64,000 nucleotides of DNA. Source: Squalus acanthias (lineage: Eukaryota). Under the pieces are notes generated by a model. It saw nothing but the letters and a program-made list of their open reading frames with translations, searched no databases and had not been told where the DNA came from. Both the position numbers and the translations under genes were made by a program. The DNA lies in the NCBI GenBank assembly GCA_030390025.1, contig CM059429.1, forward strand, positions 66,960,001 through 67,024,000, read 5' to 3'. Positions 36,458-49,634 of the stretch are shown piece after piece (positions within the stretch are counted from its first letter, which is position 1; each line of letters starts with the position of its first letter).

Positions 36458-37154
36458 CTAACAAAGAAAAACAGAAAGGTAACAATTTACCACAGACAAT
36501 AATCCCTGTTGTAACAGTTACTTATATTAAACAATTACCCATTAATTATCTTGACATAATTGCAACTTTTCGTTATGTTACCAAGTTTGGGTTTATAGGA
36601 ACAGCAACTGGATTTGATTAGTGTAGAAGCAATTTGTAGGGAGCTTCAGAAACTCTTCATCTTAAGAACTCATCTATCTTGGTCTGCATTTTTATAAAAT
36701 GCCTATTAAATTTAAATTTTTGTTGTTATAAAGTACCTATTAATTTTTTAGGAATGAATTGACCATACTTTAGGATACGCCAAACTGCACCTAAAACTGA
36801 ACAGAATAATTAACAGGAATATTAATCTGAATTAAGTGATAAATCACTCATTTGATATGACATGGCCTAGATCCAATATACAGCTTTCGTTATATTCAAT
36901 CTTTATTACTCTGCTTGAATGTGCATTTTCCAAAAAAAATCTATCACTTGAATTAGTTAAATAATTACATGCATTAGTAATACATTCTTATTAATAACTT
37001 CGAGCATGGTGAAGATTAAGAATTTAAAATTCATACAGCTAATAATGGTAATTTATTCTGCTTCATTCACTTTAGAATACTGAAACACCACATATAAAAT
37101 CCTGACATTAAGATTTTAGATTGTTCCCACATCAAGGTGAAACAAAAACGCAGA

Positions 37155-37565
37155 ACATAGTTACTGGAATAGGCCATTCAGCCCCTCAAGCCTGTTCAGT
37201 CGTTCTATCGGGTCATGGCTGATCTGTACCTCAACTCCATTTACCCGCTTTTGTTACATATCCCTTGATACCCTTACCTAATAAAAATCGACCGATCTCA
37301 ATCTTAAAACTTTCAATTGACCCAGCATCCACATCCTTTTGGGGGAAGAGATTTCCAGATTTACAATGGTGTGTGGAAAAGTGCTTTCTGATTTCACTCT
37401 TGAATGGCCTGGCTCTAATTTCAAGATTGTGCCCCTTTGTTCTGATTCCCCCACCAGGAGTTTCTCTGTATCTACCCCATCAAATCCCTTTATTATTTTA
37501 AAGACCTCGATTAAATCAGTCTTCACCCTTCCAAACTTAAGCGAATACAAACCAAGGTTATCCTG
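37155..37565 (-). mobile_element. Older CR1 3' fragment
   Basis: Antisense YSLKFGRVKTDLIEVFKIIKGFD. Confidence 0.8.
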
Positions 37566-38779
37566 ACAATTTTTTAAAAAATCACACTACAGATTATTTT
37601 CATGAACATGCACTTTCTAAGTGGCTATTGTTAACATTACGATAAAAGAATCCCACAGAATATGACAGGGTTTCTTCGCTTTATTTTGCCATTGCTTATT
37701 TCTGTCACCTGGTGCTTTTGCAAAAATAAACAAATTTTCTGGGGTAAGGTGGATGTGTAGCAAAATTTTAGTCCAGTCGTACCTTTTAGCCTAATGCAGA
37801 ACTGTTCCAAACTATAACTTATTAAATCCCATTGTAGACAATTTACTGTTTACCATAAATTGTAAAATCCTGACCCAAAAATAAAATGCTACCCAATTGT
37901 CCAACAGCAGATTTGATTCCTTAAGAGTGCAACAACCATGACACTGATGCACCATGGAGGTGCCACATATTGAATTTCTGTCATCTGTGGCAGTGCGCTA
38001 GAATTTTAGATTGGTTTTAGGAGGAAATCATTTTTTTAATTAAACTGTCCGTCGTACCGATTGGGTACTTACACACAACAGAAAAGCAGAATGGATTTAA
38101 TATGTGGGTAAAACATTAAGAATGTAATTTTCACCCTCAACGCTTGGGTGGTAATGATGAAAATTGGGTGTCTTTTATAACGGGCGGGTGATCCGCTCCA
38201 CTCCGCTAGGCTATCGTCAAAATCAGCCCAAACACTTCAATTAGTGTGCACACAACCTTGAAATTCTCCCAACTCTGAAGATTATTCCAGCTGCTGCAAT
38301 TGATCCATTTATTGGAAATTAACTACTATTTTTCAGCTATAATCCCTTCCGTACCTCACGAGATCGCCATTTCTCATCTATGTAGTCAGTTTCCAAGTGA
38401 CAGTGGAAAATGCAGTTTTTAATACTCAAACAGAAACCTAGTAAAAATACTTATTACAAAAAAGAGTTTTTTTTTGTTTGATCCTCCTACTTAGATTTAT
38501 ATGGAGATACAGAACATCTGATCCCTGTATTTTTTTTTTGCAATAGAAAGTGATTATACACTTTTTGGGATCAGCAGTACTGAAGACCTTGAGGAAGCTT
38601 TCCTCTGTACTGGATCACAAAATCGTAAACCTGTTCTACATAAACATGTTTACAATTTCATTGCAGCAAGTGCATATTCCCCGGGTTAATGGATTATGGG
38701 CTCTCAACTTTCAGCAACAAATCATTGAACAAAATTCAAACAATGTATCGAATCAACTTAGTTGATGAACAGAATCAAT

Positions 38780-39462
38780 GGCCCTGAATTTGCAAGTATA
38801 TGCGGAAATCCCAAAGTTGCGGTCTGTCAATGACAGCTCCAAAACTGGCTGTGCTGTGCTGTGCCCCCACCACAGTGCCGGCAATCAGTGAAATCTCGTA
38901 CATCATTGAAACTGACGTAAACTTTGGCTCTTCCACAGTAAATATGCTTTTAAATTCCCCACTAAAAGTTAGACCCAAAGGGATTAGGTGTAACTGGGGT
39001 TTTAACAGCATATTGACAGCTAAACAAAGTTTATGGTCCTGAAAAACTAATTTTAATTTTGTGCAGTGTCAAATTTATCCATTTTAATAAAAATTAAAAT
39101 TAAGAAACTTTTCAAAAAATGTTTTTAATTTTTTTTTTTTAAGTTTGTCCATCTTGATTTTAGGTTTGCCTTTTCCCCATGGGAGAGCCCCAATCTTTCT
39201 TTTGCTCTCTCTAACTATTTTAAAAAGTTAGAATTTTAAGGGCTTGCTCACTTCCTTGTTCACTGTCTATGAGAATTCTGCCTTTTGAGTGGCTGCTTAG
39301 ACAGCCTGTTGACATCACAGCAGTTCGCACACAGGGATTCCCATTAAGTTCTGTTGAACTGAATTCAAGGTCAGAAAACCCGAAGTTCTCGACACAGGGA
39401 TTGCGAGATCCCTGTGCGCAGCGTACTTCGGGGCTAGCAGCTAACGCCTTCGCTTCCGGGCC
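38780..39462. mobile_element. Second copy of the 23821-24933 DNA element, without the SINE
   Basis: Colinear internal sequence; termini ggccctgaattt / ttccgggcc. Confidence 0.82.
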
Positions 39463-39569
39463 ATTGGCTTTACTCGAGTTCAGCTCTTCTTTAAGTTCCT
39501 ACCAGTGACCCCTTCGAAACAAACTTGGATGTAATACAAACCTCACCCTCGTGAATTAACTGGTCTCAC

Positions 39570-39701
39570 CTTTCGGTTTCTGTCATACGCTGAACCAGAT
39601 CCCAGAATACTGGTCACTTCTACATTAGAAAAATCCTTCTCCAAGGTACCAATGATGTGCTCAATCGCCAGCTTCTCACCTTCCTTCACCTTACTGTACA
39701 T
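39570..39701 (-). CDS. UGGT1: UGGT1 exon (132 nt): MYSKVKEGEKLAIEHIIGTLEKDFSNVEVTSILGSGSAYDRNRK
   Basis: tag|...|gtgaga; SILG..SAYDRNRK motif. Confidence 0.95.
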
Positions 39702-40518
39702 CTAAAAAAAGAAATAACTATGCATAAAACTCTGGAATGCAAAAAAGCTATTGGCCTATTTAGATTGTTCCTCTGTCTCTCCCCCCCCACCCCCCACACA
39801 CCATCACAGAACATTTAAAATTTGTCCCATTAAAGGCTTCCTCTAACCCACTTGATCTCCTTAGAACGGTGACCACTGTATACTTCCAAGGAGATAAAAC
39901 TCTGAAGTTTCTCCCTAATGCCCAAGGTAAAATTACAGAATGTAAATCTGACCATACAAACTACGATTCAAATTGACCCATGGCATTTCGCAGTAAACAG
40001 CGAGAGTGATAGAGCTATTGGAGTGTAGACAAGACAAAAATCAAACTGCAATTAAATATCCATTAGTATAATAAACTAGATAACTTATTTCCACGGGGAT
40101 AGGAATATTTGAACATGGACGATAAAACAATTAAACTACAATGAGATACCATTAGTCCAATAAACAGAGCATCCCTTTCCTCCTCATGGGGATTTTAATC
40201 TTGGTGATAACAAATGGGAACAAAATTTAGCCTGGCACTAACTGATAACCAAAGCCATTCAGAAAGGATGATAAAAAAGTTAGCATACAAAGTGGAAAGC
40301 TTGGCTGGGGGGAGCATGATGGCATAGCACATTAGATCCCTGATACATAATGCCATGGAATGGGAGAACGTGACTTTGTGTCATTGAGTTCCTGGCATCA
40401 TACCCCAGCATCAAACAGCGCCCTCAGCAAGGAGGGAGGACAACGAACAAAAATAAATTTGGAACGTGAACACTCTCATCCCTGTGGGTCAATCCATAAT
40501 CTATCACATCAATCATAC

Positions 40519-40654
40519 CGAAATGATTGTCTGGAAGGCATTCGTATTGTCCAATTCATCTGCAACAAAGTTAAAAGCCCTGAGAAGTGCGACACCAGGA
40601 TCTTTTAGGCCATCAGCCTCATCTGAGTCATCAACCACAAACACCAAGCCAATC
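40519..40654 (-). CDS. UGGT1: UGGT1 exon (136 nt): IGLVFVVDDSDEADGLKDPGVALLRAFNFVADELDNTNAFQTIIS
   Basis: cag|...|gtatga; frame-consistent. Confidence 0.95.
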
Positions 40655-40784
40655 CTGCAATAAAAAATAAAACCACACATTATCAACGACGTACATTGCT
40701 GGGGTTATTCATGAACAAAAATCACATATTTGATAGTTCATGGTTGTGGCTTTTTTTTGGAATAGAAAATTAAGTAACATGATC

Positions 40785-42210
40785 GCAAATGTTACACCCC
40801 AGTTTAAAAAAAGGGAGAGGGATAAACCCGGCAACTACAGGCCAGTCAGCCTACCATCGCTGGTGGGGAAACATTGAGACAATAATCTGGGACAATATTC
40901 ATTGGCATTTGGAAAAGTATGGGCTAATAAATGTAAGTCAGCACAGATTTGTTAAAGGCAAATCGTGCTTGACTAACTTGATCGAGTTCTTTCATGAAGT
41001 AATGGAGAGGGTTAGTGAGGGTAGTGTGGTTGACATTGTGTATATGGACTTCCAAAAGGCATGTCAAAGTACCACATAATAGACTTTTTGGCAAAATTAA
41101 AGCCCATAGGATTAAAGGGGTAGTGACAGCATGAATACAAAATTGGCTGAGGGACAGAAAGCAGAGAGTAGTGGTGAACGGTTGTTTTTCAGACTGGAGG
41201 GAAGTGTACAGTGGTGTTCCCCAGGGGTTGGTATTTGAACCACTGCTCTTTTTGATATATATTACCGACTTAGACTTGGGTATACAGGGCATAATTTCAA
41301 AGTGTGCAGATGATATGAAACTCGGAAATGTAATAAACAATGAGGAGGATAGTAACAAACTTCAGGAGGAGATAGACAGACTGGTGAAATGGGCAGACAC
41401 ATGGCAGATTAAATTTATGTAGAGAAGTGTGAAGTGATACATTTTGGTAGGAAGAATAAGGAGAGGCAATATGAACTAAATGGTACAATTTTAAAGGGGG
41501 TGCAGGAACAGAGAGACCCGGGCGTGTACGTACACAAAACTTTAAAGGTGGCAAGACAAATTGAGAAGGCTGTTAAAAAAGGGATCCTTGGCTTTATTAA
41601 TAGAGGAATAGATTACAAAAGCAAGGAAGTTATGCTAAACCTTTATAAAAACACTGGTTCGGCCTCAGCTGGAGTATTGTGATCAATTCTGGGCATCACA
41701 CTTCAGGAAAGATGCCAAGGCCTTGGGAAAGGGTGCAGAAGAGATTTACTAGAATGGTACCAGAGCTGAGGGACTTCAGTTGTGTGGAGAGACTGGACAA
41801 GCTGGGGTTGTTCTCCTTGGAGCAGAGAAGGAGAAGAGAATTGATAGAGGTGTTCAAAATCATGAACGATTTCAATAGAGTAAAGAAGGAGAAACAGTTT
41901 TCAGTGGCAGAAGGGTCAGTAACCAGAGGACACAGATTTTAAAAAAGAGCTAGCGGCGACATGAGGAAACTTTTTTTTTTAAACACAGCGAGTTATTGTG
42001 ATCTGGAATGCACTGCCTGAAAGGGTGGTGGAAGTAGATTCAATAGTAACATTCAAAAGAGAATTGGATAAATATTTGAAGGGAGAAGATTTACAGGGCT
42101 ATGGGGCAAGAGCAGGGTAGTGGGATTAATTGGATAGCTCTATCAAACAGCCAGCACAGGCACGATGGGCTGAATGGCCTCTTCCCGTGCAGTATCATTC
42201 TATGATTCTG
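40785..42210 (+). mobile_element. CR1 LINE, degenerate (same family as 1998-3319)
   Basis: GKSCLTNLIEFF, YMDFQKA, SGVPQG, ADD; tail attctatgattct. Confidence 0.93.
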
Positions 42211-42244
42211 CTGCATTTTCAAGGAGAAGGTAACTTTTTTTTAT

Positions 42245-43480
42245 TATTATTCGTTCATGGGATGTGGGTGTCGCTGGCAAGACCAGCATTTATTGCCCAT
42301 CCTTAGTTGCCCTCGAGAAGGTGGTGGTGAACTGCCTTCTTGGACTGCTGCAGTCTGTGTGGTGAAGGTACTCCCAAAGTGCTGTTTGGGAGGGAGTTCC
42401 CGGATTTTGACCCAGTGACGATGAGGTGGTGGATGGGGTGCTTTGTCTTGGATGGTGTCGAGCTTCTTGAGTGTTGTTGGAGCTGCACTCATCCAGGCAA
42501 GTGGAGAGTATTCCATCACACTCCTGACTTGTGCCTTGTAGATGGTAGAAAGGCTTTGGTGAGTCAGGAGGTGAGACACTCGCCGCAGAATACCCAGCCT
42601 CTGACCTGCTTTTGTTGCCACAGTATTTTTGTGGCTGGTCCAGTTAAGTTTCTGGTCAATGGTGACCCCCCAGGATGTTGCTGGTGGGGGATTCGGCGAT
42701 CGTAATGCCATTCAATGTCAAGGGTCGGTGGTTAGACGCTCGCTTGTTGGAGATAGTCATTGCCTGGCACTTCTGTGGCGCGAATATCACCTGCCACTTA
42801 TCAGTCCAAGCCTGAATGTCGTCCAGGTCTTGCTGCATGCGGGCATCGACTGCTTCATTATCTGAGGAGTTGCAAATGGCACTGAACACTGTGCAGTCAT
42901 CAGCGAACTTCCCCACTTCTGACCTTATGTTGGAGGGAAGGTCATTGATGAAGCAGCTGAAGATGGTTGGGCCTACAACACTACTCTGAGGAACTCCTGC
43001 AGCGATGTCCTGGGGCTGTGATGATTGACCTTCAACCAGCACAACCATCATCCTTTGTGCTAGGTATGACTCCAGCCACTGGAGAGTTTTCCCCCCCGAT
43101 TCCCATTGACTTCAGTTTTACTAGGGCTCCTTGATGCCACACTCGGTCAAATGCTGCCTTGATGTCAAGGGCAGTCACTCTCACCTCACCCTTGGAATTC
43201 AGCTCTTTTGTCCATGTTTGGACCAAGGCTGTAATGAGGTCTGAAGCCGAGTGGTCCTGGCGGAACCCAAACTGGGCATCAGTGAGCAGGTTATTGGTGA
43301 GTAAGTGCTGCTTGATAGCACTGTCGATGACACATTCCATCACTTTGCTGATGATTGAGAGTAGACTGATGGGGCAGTAATTGGCCGGTTTGGATTTGTC
43401 CTCCTTTTAGTGGACAGGACATACCTGGGCAGTTTTCCACATTGTCGGTTAGATGCCAGTGTTATAGCTGTACTGGAACA
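42245..43480 (-). mobile_element. Second-family LINE with RT core
   Basis: QFGFRQDHS...ALDIKAAFDRVWHQG...AGVPQ.SV.GPTIFSCFINDL...FADD. Confidence 0.92.
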
Positions 43481-43674
43481 GAACTGCTAAATACTCATTG
43501 GAGCATTCTTATTCCTCAATATGTTTGAGTTTGTTTTTTTAAATATATGAAAATTACCTTTATTTTCCCAGAAATTACTATTTCAAGGGCTCTTCCATAC
43601 AGCCCAGAAGATTCTACTATAATTTTATAAGGAAGCGACATGGCACACTCCAGTGAGACAGGTTCATCTCAGTA

Positions 43675-43925
43675 TCCCTGGGGAGTTATCCCCGGTGTCC
43701 TGGCCAATATTAATCCCTCAATCAACATAATAAAAACAGATTATCTGGTCATTATCACATTGCTGTTTATGGGATCTTGCTGTGTGCAAATTGGCTGCCG
43801 CGCTTTCCACATTACAACAGTGACTACACTCCAAAATGTACTTCATTGGCTGTAAAGTGCTTTGAGACGTCCGGTGGTCGTGAAAGGCGCTGTATAAATG
43901 CAAGTCTTTCTTCTTTCTTTCTTTC
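43675..43925 (+). mobile_element. DeuSINE/SacSINE-like SINE 3' half
   Basis: tgtgcaaattggctgcc...gtaaagtgctttg...aaggcgctgtataaatgcaagt(cttt)n. Confidence 0.7.
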
Positions 43926-44657
43926 ATCAGTTAAGAGATCTCCCCTAGACTATGTCCACCGATGTTAATATAGCTTTAACCATAAAGTGTAACTTTTTTT
44001 CTGAAATTGTTCTACAACCTTTTACAAACTTGGTGGTTACCTTGCCCCTTCACTAAGCTTAGTCTCCGTCTTAGTAGAACTAAAGGTAGAAAAAGATTTA
44101 TTACATGAATGAACCTTACTTAACCTTGACATTATTTTCTTATTTAATGATTTGGTGCTGTGAAGAATAGGCTGCCTGGTCTGAAGAGGCTACTGAAGAA
44201 ACAAAGAATTTGTTTGATCTTCGTAGCGGAAAATGCAACCATTTGTGAAACTGGGCATTCATCTTACTTTAGTTATTTTAATTAATTGATGCCTTGCTGT
44301 GTGTGTCTTAATAACAAATGACTTTTGCTAAAAAAAAAATACAAAATCACTCATCAGAGATGGGGAAGGGTGGTAAAATTTGAAGTGCAAAAAGAAATGG
44401 AATACTGCTCAGCAAGAACAATGCTTATAAAGTCAGAAAAATTTACAAATACCAAAGAATGCCGATAGCAAATGGTCTGATTTCAACTACTTGGTTTTTT
44501 TTTTAAAAGAGTTATTGATGCTAAGATTCTCTAAGCTTAATTTTGCATAGTCTCAAAAGGTGCACCTTTTAAAATACTGAGTACAATGAATGGGCAGTAA
44601 CCAAAATTACAAGATCACCAAACCAAGACCACTTGGTTTCCAACACGGAAAACACAC

Positions 44658-44743
44658 CTGAGTGGGATGTCATTAGTATAAAACATTTCAGCCGTTTTCA
44701 GCAGCTCAGGAGTGCTCTCATCAGTTGGGTCGACAACAAGCAC
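44658..44743 (-). CDS. UGGT1: UGGT1 exon (86 nt): VLVVDPTDESTPELLKTAEMFYTNDIPLR
   Basis: tag|...|gtgtgt; V..VDP...TAEMF...IPLR. Confidence 0.94.
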
Positions 44744-45784
44744 CTAAAATTAAACAGAATGATCAGAAATAGTGTGACCGTATATTGTTGCTCAGCAACA
44801 CAGGAGTCAGAAGCTTCACTCTTAACCGCCAACAGATCAGAGAACCAAATGGAATCTCAGCGTCACGTGCCTCCGATTGCCAAATTGCCATCAATTGCGA
44901 AGAATCTAACTATATTACAGAAAATACTGTCTGAATATTAACACACATTTTACTCAGCCTAACATGTTTGGACACTGCAGTGTTTTGTGCAGTAGAAACT
45001 CAAAATGGGCGCACCACTGTGCAAGCAATTTGCTTAATTTAAACAAATTTTGTAAAACAAGTTTAGAATTAACTTGGCTTAAAATTTTCTCCTTGCGTGA
45101 TATGTCCCTCATAACAAGGTGCGGCAGTAAAACAGAGACAATGCTTTGAAAAGGAGCGTCATGGAAACCAGAGCATGCAGTAGGTCACATAATGTCCTTC
45201 TAACATAAGTACCTAGTTTTACCATTAGTACCTAGTTCTGAGAGTCGCGGACAGTAGGGATCACATTCATTCTGATGGCTGCGAGATGTCCCAAGAGAAC
45301 AAAGTTTAGGCAGTCTAAACCCTGTTGCATATGGGCACGGGTCAACGACACTTGCCCCAATTTGGCACACAAAGGCAACCTCCCTCAGAGAAACCAAAAA
45401 GGATTTTTGGTATAGGAAGTGGAAAAATCAACACTGAATACAAGTACAAGATGCATTAATGGTGGAGTTAAGCCACAATTTTGGAGCAAAGTAACGGAAC
45501 ATTTACTCTACATCAGGTCATGCTCAATAAGAATACCACCTGCAAACAGTCAAAGGATGTTCCATTATCCAGCATTAGCACAAAATTCATCAAAATAGTC
45601 CAGTTTGAAGAGCCAGTGTACATGCTAATTAATTCACATTTTTCCAAAATTGCTTTTAGTAAATTAAAAAATTCATGTCCTATTTTCCTATAAACATAAG
45701 TAACCGTACCAGCTAATTCGAAATGGAGACCTTTGACTACCATGTACATAAACAAAGTTAAATCATTCCTTTTTTTTTACTTAC

Positions 45785-45904
45785 AAAGTTGTGGAAGTTT
45801 TTCCGAATCTGTCGGATAACTCCAGGAAACGTGGGTCTCAGAAGCTCCTGCACACTAGAAGGCCACGTGTTGTATTTGCTATCCAGCTCCAGATTATTGA
45901 TCCA
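45785..45904 (-). CDS. UGGT1: UGGT1 exon (120 nt): WINNLELDSKYNTWPSSVQELLRPTFPGVIRQIRKNFHNF
   Basis: tag|...|gtaagt; highly conserved UGGT block. Confidence 0.97.
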
Positions 45905-46500
45905 CTATTTTGAAGGAAAAAAATTTAATTCTGACCATCATCTATGAAGGGACACATTCACAGCTGAGCTGGTAGCATTTTACAGATAGTTAGTTAGTTA
46001 AAAACAACTAAGATTCATTTTGACATCCCTTTGATTATTTTGCTGTCACTTTGTTGGTTCAATGGAGCACTGATGGTATAATTGAGTTTGAATGTAATTA
46101 ACAAACACAGCTGAAACGGAAGCATCCTGGACTACAATGATGCTCTCACCTGACGTTAGTTCTGCTCTTACACTGTCAGAATAAGTTAGATCTCAAAGCT
46201 AGTACTTCTAATGATGTGATCAAGGCAATGGTTGAAATATGCAAATAAATCAACACAATTGAGAGTGTAGGAAGTGTTGAATCTAATCAAAATTCTGCTT
46301 AAGGGACCTTTAAAGTAAAAAGAGTCCTAGTAACAAGACTCTCTCTTTAAGAATGTATAGCAAAATTTACAATGTACAATCACTGTACTTGGCTTGTAAA
46401 ATTCATTAAACATAGAACCTGTGTCACCAACTTCAGCAGGTAGCCCTGTTTGGACAATGAACAACAAAGCCAAGGGTACAGGCAGAGTAATCAAACTTAC

Positions 46501-46651
46501 ATAGATAGCTGGGTTTCGAATGTCCACACCATAGTCAGAATCCGCTGGTTGCACATTTAGCTTCAGCAGTTCATGCAGCTCATCCCCCTGGATCCCCAGA
46601 TCGTGCAGGCCTTCCATAAGGCGGGCCTCATTGCGCAGCAGGTCCAGAACA
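46501..46651 (-). CDS. UGGT1: UGGT1 exon (151 nt): VLDLLRNEARLMEGLHDLGIQGDELHELLKLNVQPADSDYGVDIRNPAIY
   Basis: cag|...|gtaagt; LRNEAR.MEGLH and DY.VDIR motifs. Confidence 0.96.
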
Positions 46652-46778
46652 CTGACAAACACACAAAGAGAAGATGATTCATTTTGATAGGAAAAATAAC
46701 TCTGCTCAACTGCCAACAATTTATATTCAGGCTGTAAGCATTTATTTACATATATTGAGGTGGACTGACTCTCCATAC

Positions 46779-46870
46779 CTGAAGACATCTTGCACGTCAA
46801 GATCAATACTAAGACCATTGATGAAAAGTGCAGAGTCACCTGGGTGCAGGCCCAGAGTTTCTTTGAAATA
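46779..46870 (-). CDS. UGGT1: UGGT1 exon (92 nt): YFKETLGLHPGDSALFINGLSIDLDVQDVFS
   Basis: cag|...|gtatgg; GDSALFINGL motif. Confidence 0.95.
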
Positions 46871-48293
46871 CTGAAAGTAAAAAATGCATCAGTGTCAAAA
46901 ATCTTTATTTGCATCTCCTACTGCCTCTGCATAAAATTCTTATTTGTGAAGTCCCCAAATGGTCTATAATTTGTCTTTCCAGACAGCAACTGAGACACAC
47001 AGACCAGGGAGATACCCAGTCCCTGCTGCTAGTTGATCCCAACCAGAGAAGCAGTTCAGGTGTTGAGATAGGCTTCTGCGACCCTAGTTTAGGGAGGAGG
47101 AGAGAAAAATAAAATCGACCAAGGTTCCTGATCACTAACTAGCAACTGCTGCAGGAAGTCTGCAAGCGTGCACATCAGCTGTAGACAGGCCAGGCTCAAC
47201 TGTGATGCCCCTACAGTCAAATGCTGAAACAGTGTCACAGATCGCACAAGAATAATGGCCACCTGTGGAATAAAACTGCAGGTAAAGAGTCACTGCCTTA
47301 AGTAGGAGAGCAGGGGAGAAAGTTTTAAATCAGCATGAAACTGGCTGTCAAGCCAGCAGCAGCTGTTGTTACTATTTCACAGTAACGGTAGCAATGTGAC
47401 TTCTTTCAGTTCTTTGCCACTTTCCCCAGTGTTCAGCATGGCAGACAAAACCTCCACAAGTTTTATATTTTTGCCAATATCCAAAGATCAAAAAAACTGG
47501 TATATATTGTCCTAGATGGGCACAGGCCCAAGATCTAGAGATCGAGGGGCTGGAGAAACAGGAAAGTAGAAAAACGTGGAAGAAGAGAGAAACCAGTGCA
47601 GCTGTACTGGACTGAAGATTCTCGATGCTCAGCTGGAACTCTGGCTCACTTTCGGTCACACTAGAAACACTAGTAAAACTACAGAAATGCATGAAAAAGA
47701 CACAAGGTTTTAAAAAATATATAATTAGATGGGTTCCAATTTCCCATTAGTCCCAACGGATGAAGAATTCACTAGGAGAGAATTGTGAACTTGCACTACC
47801 CACAAATTGCCTGTAATGCAAGATAAGCCACAGAACTGACCTTCAGCATAGTACACATCCCAAACACTACAGTAATGTGAAAATAAAACTGAAAGATGCT
47901 CAATGATTTAACAAACTTATCAACTGCTGATGTTCCCAATGACATGAATAACATGTTTATATTTTGACGGTCTGAAATGACTTTGTCAGTGTGCATGCAA
48001 TTCTGCAACAAATACTGCAACAAATGTAGAAACATGCACACTAGCATAAGTGTACCCAAAAAGAGCCACGAACCAAGCTTGAATATTTTCAGAAACTATA
48101 GGACTTTATAAAGCCACTTAGAGAAGCAGCAGTTACCCGGGCTTAACTATCTCAACCTACCTGCATCAGGTCAGTGCAAGCTACCCTACAATTCTCAAGC
48201 CACAGCACTGTATTCAGCTGAACTCGGATGTTTTTCAACCTACAATGCCAATTATTTGAAGCAAGAATAATAGAATTTAAAATGCACACTTAC

Positions 48294-48354
48294 TCGCTGA
48301 TTCTCTTCTACTTCCTTCCTCATGTCAGAGTTCACAACAGTTCTGGTTATAGAT
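48294..48354 (-). CDS. UGGT1: UGGT1 exon (61 nt): SITRTVVNSDMRKEVEENQR
   Basis: cag|...|gtaagt; frame-consistent with neighbours. Confidence 0.93.
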
Positions 48355-48703
48355 CTGTACATTAAAATACAGAGAAAACATTGTACATTCATACTGTAGT
48401 TTAGATACTCAATCAGTCATGGCTTTACAGACATTGAACAACATCTATTAGATGCTCCATTAACATTTTATGAACACCATTATTTTTCCCTGTATTTAGC
48501 CTTGTTTTCTGTCACTTCCGGAAAATCTTTAAAAATTAATAAATCTAGATCAAGTGAAAAACATTTAATGATCCCCTCAAACTCCAATGGTGAAAATGTC
48601 ATCAACTGAGTCATGGAACATCTATATCCTAAAGAAATAAATTCTATTCCACAGTTCCAATGACTCTTCTGCTTATACAACATGGACTTTGAATAAGAGT
48701 ACT

Positions 48704-49064
48704 GGGGGAAAAATTTGGTTACTTTGCGCCTCTCGTTAGCACCCCAAGAGGGCGCTAATGGGGCGCAAAGCAACTAGCGCCCGGGCGTGGCTATGCTCAC
48801 GAAATTGACCAGACATTTTGCGGCAGCGCTAAACACTACTGCCATGATCTCCTGTGCCCGCAGATCATGACATCAGTCGAGCATGCAACGCCCCGGTAGT
48901 GCCCCGGACCGGATATTGAGTGGCGCCCCCTGCCTTTCCGCCTGCCACTAGCAACGACAGGTTGAGGGGAGCGTTTTGCAGTTGGGAAGGAACTGGGGGA
49001 GCGCTATTTAAAGGCGGCCGCTTCCTGACTTTTTTTGGTCGGCGACATTTTTGCACCACGCATT

Positions 49065-49099
<35 letters not shown>

Positions 49100-49601
49100 C
49101 TGGAGAGATTCAATGCTGTGTGAAGGAGTTTTGGGTACTGAGCAGCACTTTGCAGGTTCATTTTGATTTGACCTTCCTTGCATCGATTTAGAAGAGACTA
49201 TGGGGGCTGCACTCTGAGCTCTTTCCCTGGGCCTCTCCATTGTTCTTTCCAGCAGATTTGATCTACAGGTCTCTCCAGGCCGAGATTTAAGGCTGCAATG
49301 AGCAGGGTGTGGATGGAGAGCAAGATCGACCCTCCCCTTTAAGAACAGGCAGGCGCCAGTGTGTCTGTGTTCCATTGCTGACTGACATCACATGAGCTTC
49401 GCCAGCGCTCTGAGGTAGTGCCTCGCTCCTCGGCGTTAGCAACTTAAGAGAGGAGTGTAGCGCCTGAATTAGCGCTCCAATCACCTCCAGGGGCGATAGA
49501 AGCCGAGTTTGCAGTCGGAGGCAATAATTAGCGGCACGCGCTAAACTTTGCGCCCGGCCAATAATTGTGCCCCAAACGGGGCGATACCGAATTTCTCCCC
49601 C
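48704..49601. mobile_element. Second GC-rich Harbinger-like element, with internal (GA)n at 49068-49096
   Basis: Shares terminal ttgcgcc..cgttagc..aagagggcgctaatggggcg with 10315; TIR gggggaaaaatttggt / accgaatttctccccc. Confidence 0.8.
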
Positions 49602-49634
49602 CTAGAGATCAAATAAATATACTCTGAAAATGAT

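Noticed and set aside
1986-43343. Reverse-transcriptase ORFs as a retron/DGR-like system
   Set aside because: All are fragmented CR1-group LINE copies with typical 3' tails.
45200-45397. VVDP-containing ORF as the missing exon
   Set aside because: The exon at 44658-44743 has proper splice sites, phase and similarity.
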